Assembly: GCA_902601455.1 (NCBI GenBank)
Contig: CACKNC010000007.1
Location: forward strand, 3,537-67,536
Origin: an uncultured Alphaproteobacteria bacterium
GTDB lineage: Bacteria > Pseudomonadota > Alphaproteobacteria > HIMB59 > GCA-002718135
DNA: 64,000 nucleotides
Reading direction: 5' to 3'
Shown here one piece after another: positions 11,482 through 24,279 of the stretch (the stretch's first letter is position 1; every line of letters starts with the position of its first letter). The position numbers and the translations under genes are program-made. Under the pieces are notes generated by a model. The model searched no databases. It saw only the letters and a program-made list of their open reading frames with translations, and was not told the DNA's origin.

Positions 11482-12876
11482 ATGAGCAAAAACTTTGATT
11501 TGTCTGAAGATAAAAATTGGCTCTCACTAAAAAAAGATCTAAAAAACTCTGTTGGTCAAAGTGCTTATAATAATTGGATCAAATATCTTAATTTTGTTTC
11601 ATTAGAAAATACCACTCTTTCTTTTTCTCTTCCAACAAAATTTCTTAGAGACTGGATTGTAAATAATTATTCTGATCAAATAAAAGTTGAGTCAAAGAAG
11701 TACATAGATAACATTGAAGTAATAAAGTTTGTTGTAAAACCTAATGGCGGTAGAATTGTTCCTGGCACGACCAGAACTATCAAAAATACTGATAATCAGT
11801 GGAAATCTACCTTAGATATAAGAACAAATCAGCAATCTTCTTACCCAAATGAATTTGGTGCACCTCTAGATCCAAGATTTACATTTGATAACTTTGTGGT
11901 TGGGAAACCAAATGAACTTGCATTTGCAGCATCTCAGAGAGTTGCTGAGGCGGATACTGTTTCATTTAATCCTTTATTTTTATACGGTGGTGTTGGTTTG
12001 GGAAAAACACATCTTATGCATGCAATAGGTTGGAAAGTAAAAGAGTTACAGCCAGATAGAAAAGTTATCTATCTATCAGCTGAAAAATTTATGTATCAAT
12101 TTGTTAGAGCGCTCAGATACAAAGATACATCAGCTTTTAAAGAGCAATTCAGATCTATAGATGTATTAATGATTGATGATGTTCAGTTTATAAGTGGTAA
12201 AGACAACACTCAGGAAGAATTTTTTCATACATTTAATGCATTAATAGAACAGAATAAACAAATAGTAATTTCAGCAGACAAATCTCCTTCAGATTTAGAT
12301 GGAGTTCAGGATCGTTTAAAATCTAGACTTGGCTGTGGTTTAGTGGCAGATATTCATCCCACAACTTATGAATTAAGACTTGGTATTTTAATTGAAAAAG
12401 CTCAAAAGAGAGGAGTAGAAATACCATCTAAAGTTCTGGAGTTTTTGTCTCACAGAATCATTTCCAATGTAAGAGAAATGGAAGGAGCCCTAAATAGATT
12501 AGTTGCTCATGCTACTTTAGTCGGAACACCCATCAGTGTTGAAACAGCTCAGATAGTTCTTCAAGACTTATTAAAATCATCAAACAAAAAAATTACAATT
12601 GAAGAAATTCAAAAAAAAGTTGCTGAGCATTATAATATTAGGATAACAGATATGCATTCTCCCCGAAGGTCAAGATCAGTCGCTAGACCTAGACAAATAG
12701 CAATGTATTTAGCTAAATCTATAACATCAAGATCATTGCCTGAAATTGGTCGCAAATTTGGTGGTAGAGATCATACAACAGTTATGCATGCAGTTAAAAA
12801 GATTGAAGAATTGAAATTACTAGATGTGAATTTTAATGAAGATATAGAGCTTTTAAAAAGACTTATAGATTCTTAA
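11482..12876 (+). CDS. dnaA: Chromosomal replication initiator DnaA
   Basis: FTFDNFVVG, NPLFLYGGVGLGKTHL, IDDVQF, QEEFFHTFN, RPRQIAMYL, GGRDHTTV. Confidence 0.99.
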   Translation: MSKNFDLSEDKNWLSLKKDLKNSVGQSAYNNWIKYLNFVSLENTTLSFSLPTKFLRDWIVNNYSDQIKVESKKYIDNIEVIKFVVKPNGGRIVPGTTRTIKNTDNQWKSTLDIRTNQQSSYPNEFGAPLDPRFTFDNFVVGKPNELAFAASQRVAEADTVSFNPLFLYGGVGLGKTHLMHAIGWKVKELQPDRKVIYLSAEKFMYQFVRALRYKDTSAFKEQFRSIDVLMIDDVQFISGKDNTQEEFFHTFNALIEQNKQIVISADKSPSDLDGVQDRLKSRLGCGLVADIHPTTYELRLGILIEKAQKRGVEIPSKVLEFLSHRIISNVREMEGALNRLVAHATLVGTPISVETAQIVLQDLLKSSNKKITIEEIQKKVAEHYNIRITDMHSPRRSRSVARPRQIAMYLAKSITSRSLPEIGRKFGGRDHTTVMHAVKKIEELKLLDVNFNEDIELLKRLIDS

Positions 12877-12900
12877 AAAAAATCATTTATATTTCATCTA

Positions 12901-14019
12901 ATGAAATTTGTAGTTCAAAAAACGGTAATATTCAAAACTCTATCACACTTGCAAAACATAGTTAATAAAAAAAATTCATTACCAATACTTTCAAATATTT
13001 TAATTGAGGCTGAAAATAGTTCTTTAATATTATCATCAACTGACATGGATATCTCAATCAAAGAAACCATAAATTGTAATATCATTGAAGAAGGTTCTAC
13101 CACATTAAACGCTCAAATAATGTTTGATATTATTAAAAAATTGCCTGACTCAAGTGAAATCGAATTCATTTCTAATGATGCAAAAATTTTAACAATAAGA
13201 TCAAATGTGTCTAAATTTTCATTATCTTGTTTACCAAAAGATGAATTTCCAATTATTGAAACTAAATCAAGTAATGGTAAAAAAATCAAGGTCAAAGCGC
13301 AAACAATTTTTGATTTAATTAATAAGACTAAATTTGCAATTTCTAATGAAGAAACCAGATATTTTCTAAATGGTTTATATTTTAATACTATTTCTAATAA
13401 TAATGACAGTATAATTACATTTGTTGGAACTGATGGTCATCGACTTGCAACTTCTAGTTTCACAACAAAAAGTTTTGATAATGAAATATCAGGAGTAATT
13501 ATTCCAAAGAAAACAATTAATGAATTATCTAAACTTCTTTCAGAAAACATTGATGAAATAGATATAGACATATCTACAAATAAAATAATATTTTACATAG
13601 ATAATTTAATTTTAATATCAAAATTAATTGATGGTAACTTTCCTGATTATACAAGAGTTATTCCAAGTAATAATAATAATCATTTATCAGTAAATAGACT
13701 TAATTTATTATCTGCTGTTGATAGAGTTAGTACAATTGCTAATGAAAAATCACCTTCAATTAAGTTTAAACTATACAATGATTTAATAAATTTAAGCACT
13801 ATAAATAGTGAGAATAGTACTGCTACAGAGGATATAGTTGCTAAGTATGGTGGTAGTGAAATAGAGATCGGATTCAACTCACGATATATTATGGATATAT
13901 TAGATAATTTAGATGGTGAAGAAATTAATATATCTTTTAATGACAATTCAACACCTATAATTGTTCAAGAAAAATCTAGCTCTGATACAACCTATGTTTT
14001 AATGCCTATGAGAGTTTAG
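12901..14019 (+). CDS. dnaN: DNA polymerase III beta clamp
   Basis: LPILSNILI, ETRYFLNG, GTDGHRL, SKLIDGNFPDY, C-terminal VLMPMRV. Confidence 0.97.
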   Translation: MKFVVQKTVIFKTLSHLQNIVNKKNSLPILSNILIEAENSSLILSSTDMDISIKETINCNIIEEGSTTLNAQIMFDIIKKLPDSSEIEFISNDAKILTIRSNVSKFSLSCLPKDEFPIIETKSSNGKKIKVKAQTIFDLINKTKFAISNEETRYFLNGLYFNTISNNNDSIITFVGTDGHRLATSSFTTKSFDNEISGVIIPKKTINELSKLLSENIDEIDIDISTNKIIFYIDNLILISKLIDGNFPDYTRVIPSNNNNHLSVNRLNLLSAVDRVSTIANEKSPSIKFKLYNDLINLSTINSENSTATEDIVAKYGGSEIEIGFNSRYIMDILDNLDGEEINISFNDNSTPIIVQEKSSSDTTYVLMPMRV

Positions 14020-14022
14020 TAT

Positions 14023-17573
<3,551 letters not shown>

Positions 17574-17585
17574 AAAAATATTATT

Positions 17586-18812
17586 TTGAATACAATTCTC
17601 TTAGTAAACTTAATAAAAATAAGATGGTTAGCAATATTTGGACAATTTACAACTCTGTTAATAATAAACTTTTTATTCAGTTTTAATATCCCACTTTTTG
17701 AATGTTTTATTGTTGTATTTTTATCAATTATTATAAATTTGTATTCATTATATACTCAAAAAAATAATCCTACATTAAGTTATGAAAAAACCTTTACATT
17801 TCTGTTATTTGATATCTCTCAATTAGTTGCATTATTATATTTAACAGGTGGTGTTTTTAATCCATTTATAATATTGATTTTAGCACCCATTATAATTTCT
17901 GCATCCTATTTGCCAGCTTTGTGGACAATTATTTTATCTTCATATTCCATTGTACTAATTTTATTAATCAATTATTTTTTTGTTCCTTTGGATTGGAATC
18001 AAAGTTTTGTTACACCAGCAATTTATAAAACTGGGATAATATTAGCATTAATTATTACAATTATATTTGTTGCAATATATGCTTACTTATTTGCAAGTTC
18101 ATCTAGAAGAATATCTGAAGCATTATCTGAAACAAAACTCAAATTATCTAATCAAAAAAAAACTACCGAAGTTGCTTATCTAAGTGCCGCTGCAGTACAT
18201 GAATTGAGCACACCACTTAATACAATATTTTTAGTGTTAAATGATTTAATCAAAGAAGAAGTCTTTCATAAGGAGTCTTATTTAATGAAAGATATTGAGT
18301 TGTTAAAATCACAAGCAGAAAGATGTAAAGAAATACTATTAAGATTGTCTAAAAATCCAGATAATCTAAAAGACAATTTTTTAGAGAAAGTAAAAATAGT
18401 TGATTTAATAAAAATAAATTTTGAAAAATTTAATAATGGAAAAAAGTTTAATATTTGTTTCAAAAATTTTAATAAAGAATATCAAATTCTTTTTAAAGAT
18501 GAAATAAATTATGCACTGAGTAATATAATTCAAAACTCTATACTATATTCTTCATCTAAAATTAATATAACTCTTGATACTAATAAAAACGATATAGTTA
18601 TTATAATTGAAAATGATGGAGGTGGATTTTCAAGGGATGTTTTGGATAAAATTGGTGAGCCATATATATCCAAAAACAAGAAAGGCATGGGATTAGGCAT
18701 TTTTATTGCAAAAAATTTAATAGAAAATACTAGAGGGACTATAATGTTTTACAATTCATTAAATAATAATGCAGTGGTTGAAATAAAGTTTAATAAAACT
18801 ATTTTGGTATAA
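17586..18812 (+). CDS. regB: Redox sensor histidine kinase RegB/PrrB/ActS family
   Basis: Multi-TM N-terminus with GGVFNPF quinone-binding motif, HELSTPL H-box, redox Cys in QAERCKEIL, GMGLGIFIA. Confidence 0.9.
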   Translation: MNTILLVNLIKIRWLAIFGQFTTLLIINFLFSFNIPLFECFIVVFLSIIINLYSLYTQKNNPTLSYEKTFTFLLFDISQLVALLYLTGGVFNPFIILILAPIIISASYLPALWTIILSSYSIVLILLINYFFVPLDWNQSFVTPAIYKTGIILALIITIIFVAIYAYLFASSSRRISEALSETKLKLSNQKKTTEVAYLSAAAVHELSTPLNTIFLVLNDLIKEEVFHKESYLMKDIELLKSQAERCKEILLRLSKNPDNLKDNFLEKVKIVDLIKINFEKFNNGKKFNICFKNFNKEYQILFKDEINYALSNIIQNSILYSSSKINITLDTNKNDIVIIIENDGGGFSRDVLDKIGEPYISKNKKGMGLGIFIAKNLIENTRGTIMFYNSLNNNAVVEIKFNKTILV

Positions 18813-19339
18813 TGACCAATAAGTTACTTATATTAGATGATGATACTCCTTTCAGAGAAAGACTGGCTAGATCTATGGAAAAAAAAGGGTTTAATGTCAG
18901 TACCTTTGCAAGTTATAATACATGTCTTGAAAGATGTAATGAAGAATTTTTTGATTATGCAGTTATAGATATGAGGCTTGAAGATGGATCTGGATTAGAA
19001 TTAATTAAAAAATTAAAACAAGTTTCTCCAGCAACTAAATCTCTTTTATTAACTGGCTATGGAAATATAGCCACTGCAGTTGCTGCTATAAAATCTGGAG
19101 CGATAGATTATTTACCCAAGCCTGCAGAAATTGATCAAATATATGATGCCCTAACCAATTCTGACAAAATTTTACCACCACCTCCAGAAAATCCTATGAC
19201 GGCTGATAGAATTAGATGGGAACATATTCAAAGAGTGTTTACTTTATGTAATAGAAATGTATCCGAAACGGCAAGAAGACTTAGAATGCACAGAAGAACT
19301 TTACAGAGGATATTAAACAAACATGCCCCCAAAGAATAA
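18812..19339 (+). CDS. regA: Response regulator RegA/PrrA/ActR
   Basis: Receiver domain, PPPPENPMTADRIRWEHIQRV, NVSETARRLRMHRRTLQRIL. Confidence 0.96.
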   Translation: MTNKLLILDDDTPFRERLARSMEKKGFNVSTFASYNTCLERCNEEFFDYAVIDMRLEDGSGLELIKKLKQVSPATKSLLLTGYGNIATAVAAIKSGAIDYLPKPAEIDQIYDALTNSDKILPPPPENPMTADRIRWEHIQRVFTLCNRNVSETARRLRMHRRTLQRILNKHAPKE

Positions 19340-19342
19340 TAA

Positions 19343-20266
19343 CTAACTATTAACTAATTTTAAAAAAATATCTTCAAGATCATTTTCATAAGTATTAATT
19401 TCATCAAAATATATTTCATTTTTATTTAAAATATTAATTATACTGTTTAACGAGGTTTGATTTTTATCATATGATATGTGCAAATTCCCATCTTCAATTT
19501 TTGGATTATATTTAAGCATTTCATCAGGTATTTTTTTTATATAATTTATTTGAAAAACAACAGTTTTGTTGGACATCAGTTTTAATAAATTACTTTTTGT
19601 ATCATCTTTGATTACTTTTCCATTATTAATTATAGTAATTTTATCACAAAGCTCCTCTGCTTCCTCTAAATAATGAGTTGTTAGGCAAATTGTTGTACCT
19701 TGCTTATTAATTTTTTTAATGTACTCCCAAAGTGATCTTCTTAATTCTACATCAACTCCGGCAGTTGGCTCATCTAAAATTAACATTTCTGGAGAATGGA
19801 CTAACGCTTTAGCTACAAGCAATCTTCTTCTCATTCCCCCAGACAATGTTCTAGCGTAAGATTTTTTTTGATCTGTTAAACCAACATTCTCAAGTATTTC
19901 ATCAGTTATTCGATCTATTTTTTTAATACCATATAAACCTGCTTGTAACTCAAGTAGTTCATAGGGAGTGAAAAATGGATCAATGTTTAACTCTTGAGGA
20001 ACAATACCTATTTTAAATTTACTTTTTTTAGTTTCAACATCAGTATTTAGTCCACATATATTTATTTTTCCACTATCTTTTTTAACGAGACTACCTAGAA
20101 TATTTATAAAAGTTGATTTTCCAGCTCCATTTGGTCCTAATAATCCATGAATGGAACCTTTTTTAATTTGAATATTAAAATCTTTTAGAGCTACTATCTC
20201 TTTATTTTTTTTTTTAAAAGTCTTATTAACTTCTTTTGCTTCTATTGAGTAAATATAATCTGACAT
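19343..20266 (-). CDS. ABC-2 type transporter ATP-binding protein (YadG-like)
   Basis: GPNGAGKST, LSGGMRRR, LILDEPTAGVD, LTTHYLEEAE; no permease adjacent. Confidence 0.9.
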   Translation of the reverse strand: MSDYIYSIEAKEVNKTFKKKNKEIVALKDFNIQIKKGSIHGLLGPNGAGKSTFINILGSLVKKDSGKINICGLNTDVETKKSKFKIGIVPQELNIDPFFTPYELLELQAGLYGIKKIDRITDEILENVGLTDQKKSYARTLSGGMRRRLLVAKALVHSPEMLILDEPTAGVDVELRRSLWEYIKKINKQGTTICLTTHYLEEAEELCDKITIINNGKVIKDDTKSNLLKLMSNKTVVFQINYIKKIPDEMLKYNPKIEDGNLHISYDKNQTSLNSIINILNKNEIYFDEINTYENDLEDIFLKLVNS

Positions 20267-20298
20267 TTTTTTTAATTCTCTATATATTTAAAAATGAA

Positions 20299-23040
20299 AT
20301 GAATAAACAAAATAGATTAATCTTAATTGATGGATCAGCATACATATTTAGAGCTTACTATGGCTTACCGCCTATGAATAGAGCTGATGGAACACCAATT
20401 AATGCAGTTTTTGGTTTTACAAATATGCTAGTAAAGTTGATAGAGGATTATAGAGATGATAAAATGATTGTTATTTTTGATGCCGCAAGAGAAAATTTCA
20501 GAAACAAAATATTTAAAGATTATAAAGCAAATAGAGGTGAAACACCTGAGGATTTAATTCCTCAATTTGAAATAATTAGAGAGTGTGTAGATGCATTTAA
20601 TATTCCACAATTAGAAATTGAGGGATATGAGGCTGATGATATTATAGCAACTTATTGCAAGCTAGCTGAAGAGCAAAAAATTGACTCAATTATTGTCTCT
20701 TCAGATAAAGATTTAATGCAATTAGTTACAAAAGACACAACAATGCTTGATCCAATGAAAAATAAAAAAATTGGCATAGATCAAGTTATTGAAAAATTTG
20801 GTTTACCTCCAAATAAGGTAATTCAAATTCAGGCTTTAACTGGTGATAAAGTCGATAATATTCCTGGAGCACCAGGAATAGGCCCTAAGACAGCTTTGCA
20901 ACTTATTCAAGAATTTGGTGATGTACATAAATTAATTAAAAAAGCTGATCAAATTCCACAGGAAAAAAGAAGAAATATAATATTAGATAATAAAGAAGAT
21001 ATTTTGGTAAGTCTTGAATTAGTTAAACTGAAAAATGATATTAAATTACCTAAAGATATAAATGTAATTCATACTTATTCTTCAATAAATAAAAATGAAA
21101 ATTTATCTAACTTCTTATCAAACCAAGGCTTTAAAAGTATAGCTGAAAGGTTAAAAAACAATTCATTTTTAAAAAGTAATATCTCTGAAAAATTAGAAAC
21201 AAAAAAAATAGATAATAAATATTTTTTAATTAACAACAGTAAAGATTTAAATAAGTTAATTTCACTCATAAAAAAAACTGGTTACTTTGCAATTGATACA
21301 GAGACCAATTCTTTAAATATTGAAGAGGCTAATTTAGTAGGTGTATCAATTGCTATTAATGAAAGCTCAGCTTATTACATTCCAGTAAATCATAAAAATA
21401 TAGAAAATAATAAAAGATTGAATGAGCAAATAAAAGAATCTGAACTAGTTAAATCACTTCAACCAATTTGCAAGGATCCATCCATATTAAAAATAGGACA
21501 TAACATTAAATATGATCTTAGAATTCTGGAGAAATATGATCTGAAATTAAAATCCATAGCTGATACCATGTTGTTATCATACGCAATTGATAATGGTATT
21601 ACAAAACACAACATGGATGATTTAGCTTACTTACATTTTAATCACACAAATATAAAATTTAAGGAAATTGTTGGATCAGGAAAAAAAGAAATAACATTTG
21701 ATTTTGTAGAAATTAATAAAGCTCTTAATTATGCTGCTGAAGATGCTCTTATAACGTTAAGGTTATATAATTTTTTAAACAATAGAATTAAAAATGAAAA
21801 AGGCAATTTTGTTTATAATGAAATTGATTTACCATTAATATATGTTTTGTCTTCAATTGAAAAAAATGGAATTAAAGTAAATACTAAATATCTTAATCAA
21901 TTAAGTCAGGAGTTCCAAAAAGATAGTCTAGTATTAGAAAAAAAAATTTACAAATTTGCAGGAAAAAATTTTAATATTGGATCTCCAAAACAATTAGGAG
22001 AAATTCTATTTGTTGATTTAAACATTAAGGGAGGAAAAAAAACTAAATCAGGAACTTTCTCTACAGACTCTTCAACATTGTTAAGCTTATCTGATCAAGG
22101 TTATGAAATTGCTAGTTTAATTTTAGATTGGAGAGAGTTAACTAAATTGAAATCGACCTACACAGATGCCTTACAAAATCAAGCAACAAAAAATAATTCA
22201 AGAGTCCATACTTCTTACGGAGTCGCAAATACTCTTACTGGAAGATTGAGTTCAAATGATCCAAATCTTCAAAATATACCCATAAGAACAAGCAATGGAA
22301 GAAAGATTAGAAAAGCATTTATCTGTGAACCAAATAAAATTCTCATGAGTTTTGATTATTCACAAATAGAACTTCGTTTAGCTGCAGAAATTTCTGGAGA
22401 TACAAATTTTATAAAGGCTTTTAAAAATAACGAAGATATTCACAGCTCAACTGCTTCTCAAATTTTTAATGTTAAAACTGAAAAACTTGATGCAGAAATG
22501 AGAAGAAAGGCAAAAGCAATAAATTTCGGTATTTTGTATGGAATAAGCCCTTACGGATTAGCTAAACAGTTGAGTGTAACAAATTCTGAAGCAAAGAATT
22601 ATATTGAAGATTATTTTAACAAATATCCGAAAATTAAAAAATATATGGATGATCAAATTCAATTTGCAAAAACAAATTTATATGTTGAAACAATATTTGG
22701 TAGAAGATGTAATATTAAAAGCATTAATGATAAAAATTTTTCCGTCAGAGGTTTCGCTGAGAGGCAAGCAATTAATGCTCCCATTCAAGGAACAGCAGCA
22801 GATATAATTAAATTAGCAATGATTGAATTAAACAAGATGATAATTTCTGATGATTTAAATGCTAAAATCTTGCTTCAAGTCCATGATGAACTTATTTTTG
22901 AAATTGATCAAGCTAATAAAGAGGTTTCAATAGATAAGATTAAAAACGTAATGGAAAATATACATCTTAGTTTTAAAAATTTTGATGTACCTCTTTTAGT
23001 TGATTATGGTTTTGGAGATAACTGGGGTGATGCTCACTAG
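20299..23040 (+). CDS. polA: DNA polymerase I
   Basis: LIDGSAYIFRAY 5'-3' exonuclease, AIDTET/GHNIKYD/YAAEDA proofreading motifs, DYSQIELR, RRKAKAINFGILYG, QVHDEL; true start most likely ATG 20299, not 20236. Confidence 0.98.
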   Translation: MNKQNRLILIDGSAYIFRAYYGLPPMNRADGTPINAVFGFTNMLVKLIEDYRDDKMIVIFDAARENFRNKIFKDYKANRGETPEDLIPQFEIIRECVDAFNIPQLEIEGYEADDIIATYCKLAEEQKIDSIIVSSDKDLMQLVTKDTTMLDPMKNKKIGIDQVIEKFGLPPNKVIQIQALTGDKVDNIPGAPGIGPKTALQLIQEFGDVHKLIKKADQIPQEKRRNIILDNKEDILVSLELVKLKNDIKLPKDINVIHTYSSINKNENLSNFLSNQGFKSIAERLKNNSFLKSNISEKLETKKIDNKYFLINNSKDLNKLISLIKKTGYFAIDTETNSLNIEEANLVGVSIAINESSAYYIPVNHKNIENNKRLNEQIKESELVKSLQPICKDPSILKIGHNIKYDLRILEKYDLKLKSIADTMLLSYAIDNGITKHNMDDLAYLHFNHTNIKFKEIVGSGKKEITFDFVEINKALNYAAEDALITLRLYNFLNNRIKNEKGNFVYNEIDLPLIYVLSSIEKNGIKVNTKYLNQLSQEFQKDSLVLEKKIYKFAGKNFNIGSPKQLGEILFVDLNIKGGKKTKSGTFSTDSSTLLSLSDQGYEIASLILDWRELTKLKSTYTDALQNQATKNNSRVHTSYGVANTLTGRLSSNDPNLQNIPIRTSNGRKIRKAFICEPNKILMSFDYSQIELRLAAEISGDTNFIKAFKNNEDIHSSTASQIFNVKTEKLDAEMRRKAKAINFGILYGISPYGLAKQLSVTNSEAKNYIEDYFNKYPKIKKYMDDQIQFAKTNLYVETIFGRRCNIKSINDKNFSVRGFAERQAINAPIQGTAADIIKLAMIELNKMIISDDLNAKILLQVHDELIFEIDQANKEVSIDKIKNVMENIHLSFKNFDVPLLVDYGFGDNWGDAH

Positions 23041-23276
23041 AAATCTTCTTCAAAAGAATTTCTTTCTAACCATTTTTCTAATTCGTGATAACCACCTATG
23101 CTCTCTCCATTTATTATTATTTGAGGAAAAGTTCTAGCTGTAGGAAATTTGTTAAAGAAATCTTCTCTAGTATAATCTTGATCAAGCATATGAATTTTAG
23201 GATTTTCATTTGCTAAACGCATTTTAGCTTTGTCACAAAAGATACAATTAGTTTTGGAATATATTTCTACGTCCAT
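23037..23276 (-). CDS. Dithiol glutaredoxin associated with RNR
   Basis: YSKTNCIFC active site, RTFPQI cis-Pro motif, IGGY; directly downstream of nrdB. Confidence 0.92.
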   Translation of the reverse strand: MDVEIYSKTNCIFCDKAKMRLANENPKIHMLDQDYTREDFFNKFPTARTFPQIIINGESIGGYHELEKWLERNSFEEDF

Positions 23277-24266
23277 CTAAAAAGCATCATCAAAACTAAG
23301 AGCCCTATCAGTTGGTCTTTGATATTCGGAAACTCTTTTTTCAAAAAAGTTAGTTACATTTTGTACATCTAATGCTCTCATAAAATCAAATGGATTCTCA
23401 GTATTAAATACTCTTTCAAATTCAAATAAATCTGCAATTCTATCGGCTACCGCCTCAATATATTGGCACATTAAATCTTCATTCATACCAATTAAGTCAA
23501 CTGGAAGTGCGTCTTTAACAAATTCTTTTTCAAATGATACAGCTTCTTTTACTATTTCTTCAAATTGTGATTGAGGTACATCATTTGGTATTAATGATAA
23601 GTCAGATATATCGCTATTAGTTAATGTATTGTTATTAAACTTATCTCTAAGCGTTTTAAACATAAGTGCTGAAAAGCTAAAATGCATTCCTTCATCTCTT
23701 GCAATCCAATCATTAGATAGTGCTAAGCCTGGAAGAAGACCTCTTTTTCTAAAATAATAAATAGCGCAAAATGAGCCAGCAAAAAACAAACCTTCAACTA
23801 AACCAAAACCAATAAGTCTTGTTAATAAATTTTGACTTCCATTAAGCCACTTAGAAACCCATTGGGCTTTACGATTTATACAGGGAACATTTTGAATAGC
23901 ATCAAAAAGATGATCTTTTTCTTTTTGATCTTTAACATATGCTTCAATCTGTAGACCATACATTTCAGCATGAATAGATTCATTAAGCATTTGCATAGAA
24001 ATAAAACATCTTGCTTCTGGTATTAAAATTTCTTTATAAAACCTACTTGCGAGGTTTTCGTTAATCATTGCTTCAGAATTCGCAAAATAAGCCAGTACAT
24101 GTTTTATAAAGTGTTTTTCTCCATCATTAAGTGTTTCTAAATCTCTTAGGTCATCATGCAGAGATACTTCTTCTGGTGTCCAAAATGCTTGTATATGAAG
24201 CTTATACTTATCCCAAATATCTTGATGTTTTATTGGAAAAATTGATTTAACGCCTTTTGATATCAT
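23277..24266 (-). CDS. nrdB: Class I ribonucleotide reductase beta subunit (R2), eukaryote-like type
   Basis: FWTPEEV, E65, ESIH (E96/H99), Y103, VEGLFF (E158), RDEGMH (E192/H195), NFFEKRVSEYQ. Confidence 0.96.
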   Translation of the reverse strand: MISKGVKSIFPIKHQDIWDKYKLHIQAFWTPEEVSLHDDLRDLETLNDGEKHFIKHVLAYFANSEAMINENLASRFYKEILIPEARCFISMQMLNESIHAEMYGLQIEAYVKDQKEKDHLFDAIQNVPCINRKAQWVSKWLNGSQNLLTRLIGFGLVEGLFFAGSFCAIYYFRKRGLLPGLALSNDWIARDEGMHFSFSALMFKTLRDKFNNNTLTNSDISDLSLIPNDVPQSQFEEIVKEAVSFEKEFVKDALPVDLIGMNEDLMCQYIEAVADRIADLFEFERVFNTENPFDFMRALDVQNVTNFFEKRVSEYQRPTDRALSFDDAF

Positions 24267-24279
24267 TATTTATACTCCT

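Noticed and set aside
11318..12900. oriC next to dnaA
   Set aside because: No TTWTNCACA boxes in the rpsT-dnaA or dnaA-dnaN spacers; alphaproteobacterial origins are usually not dnaA-linked
20236..20298. N-terminal extensions in the ORF track (polA 20236; also chvG 27976, kdsD 46937, NDUFA9-like 47415)
   Set aside because: They overlap neighbouring genes and precede the conserved N-termini; downstream starts were used
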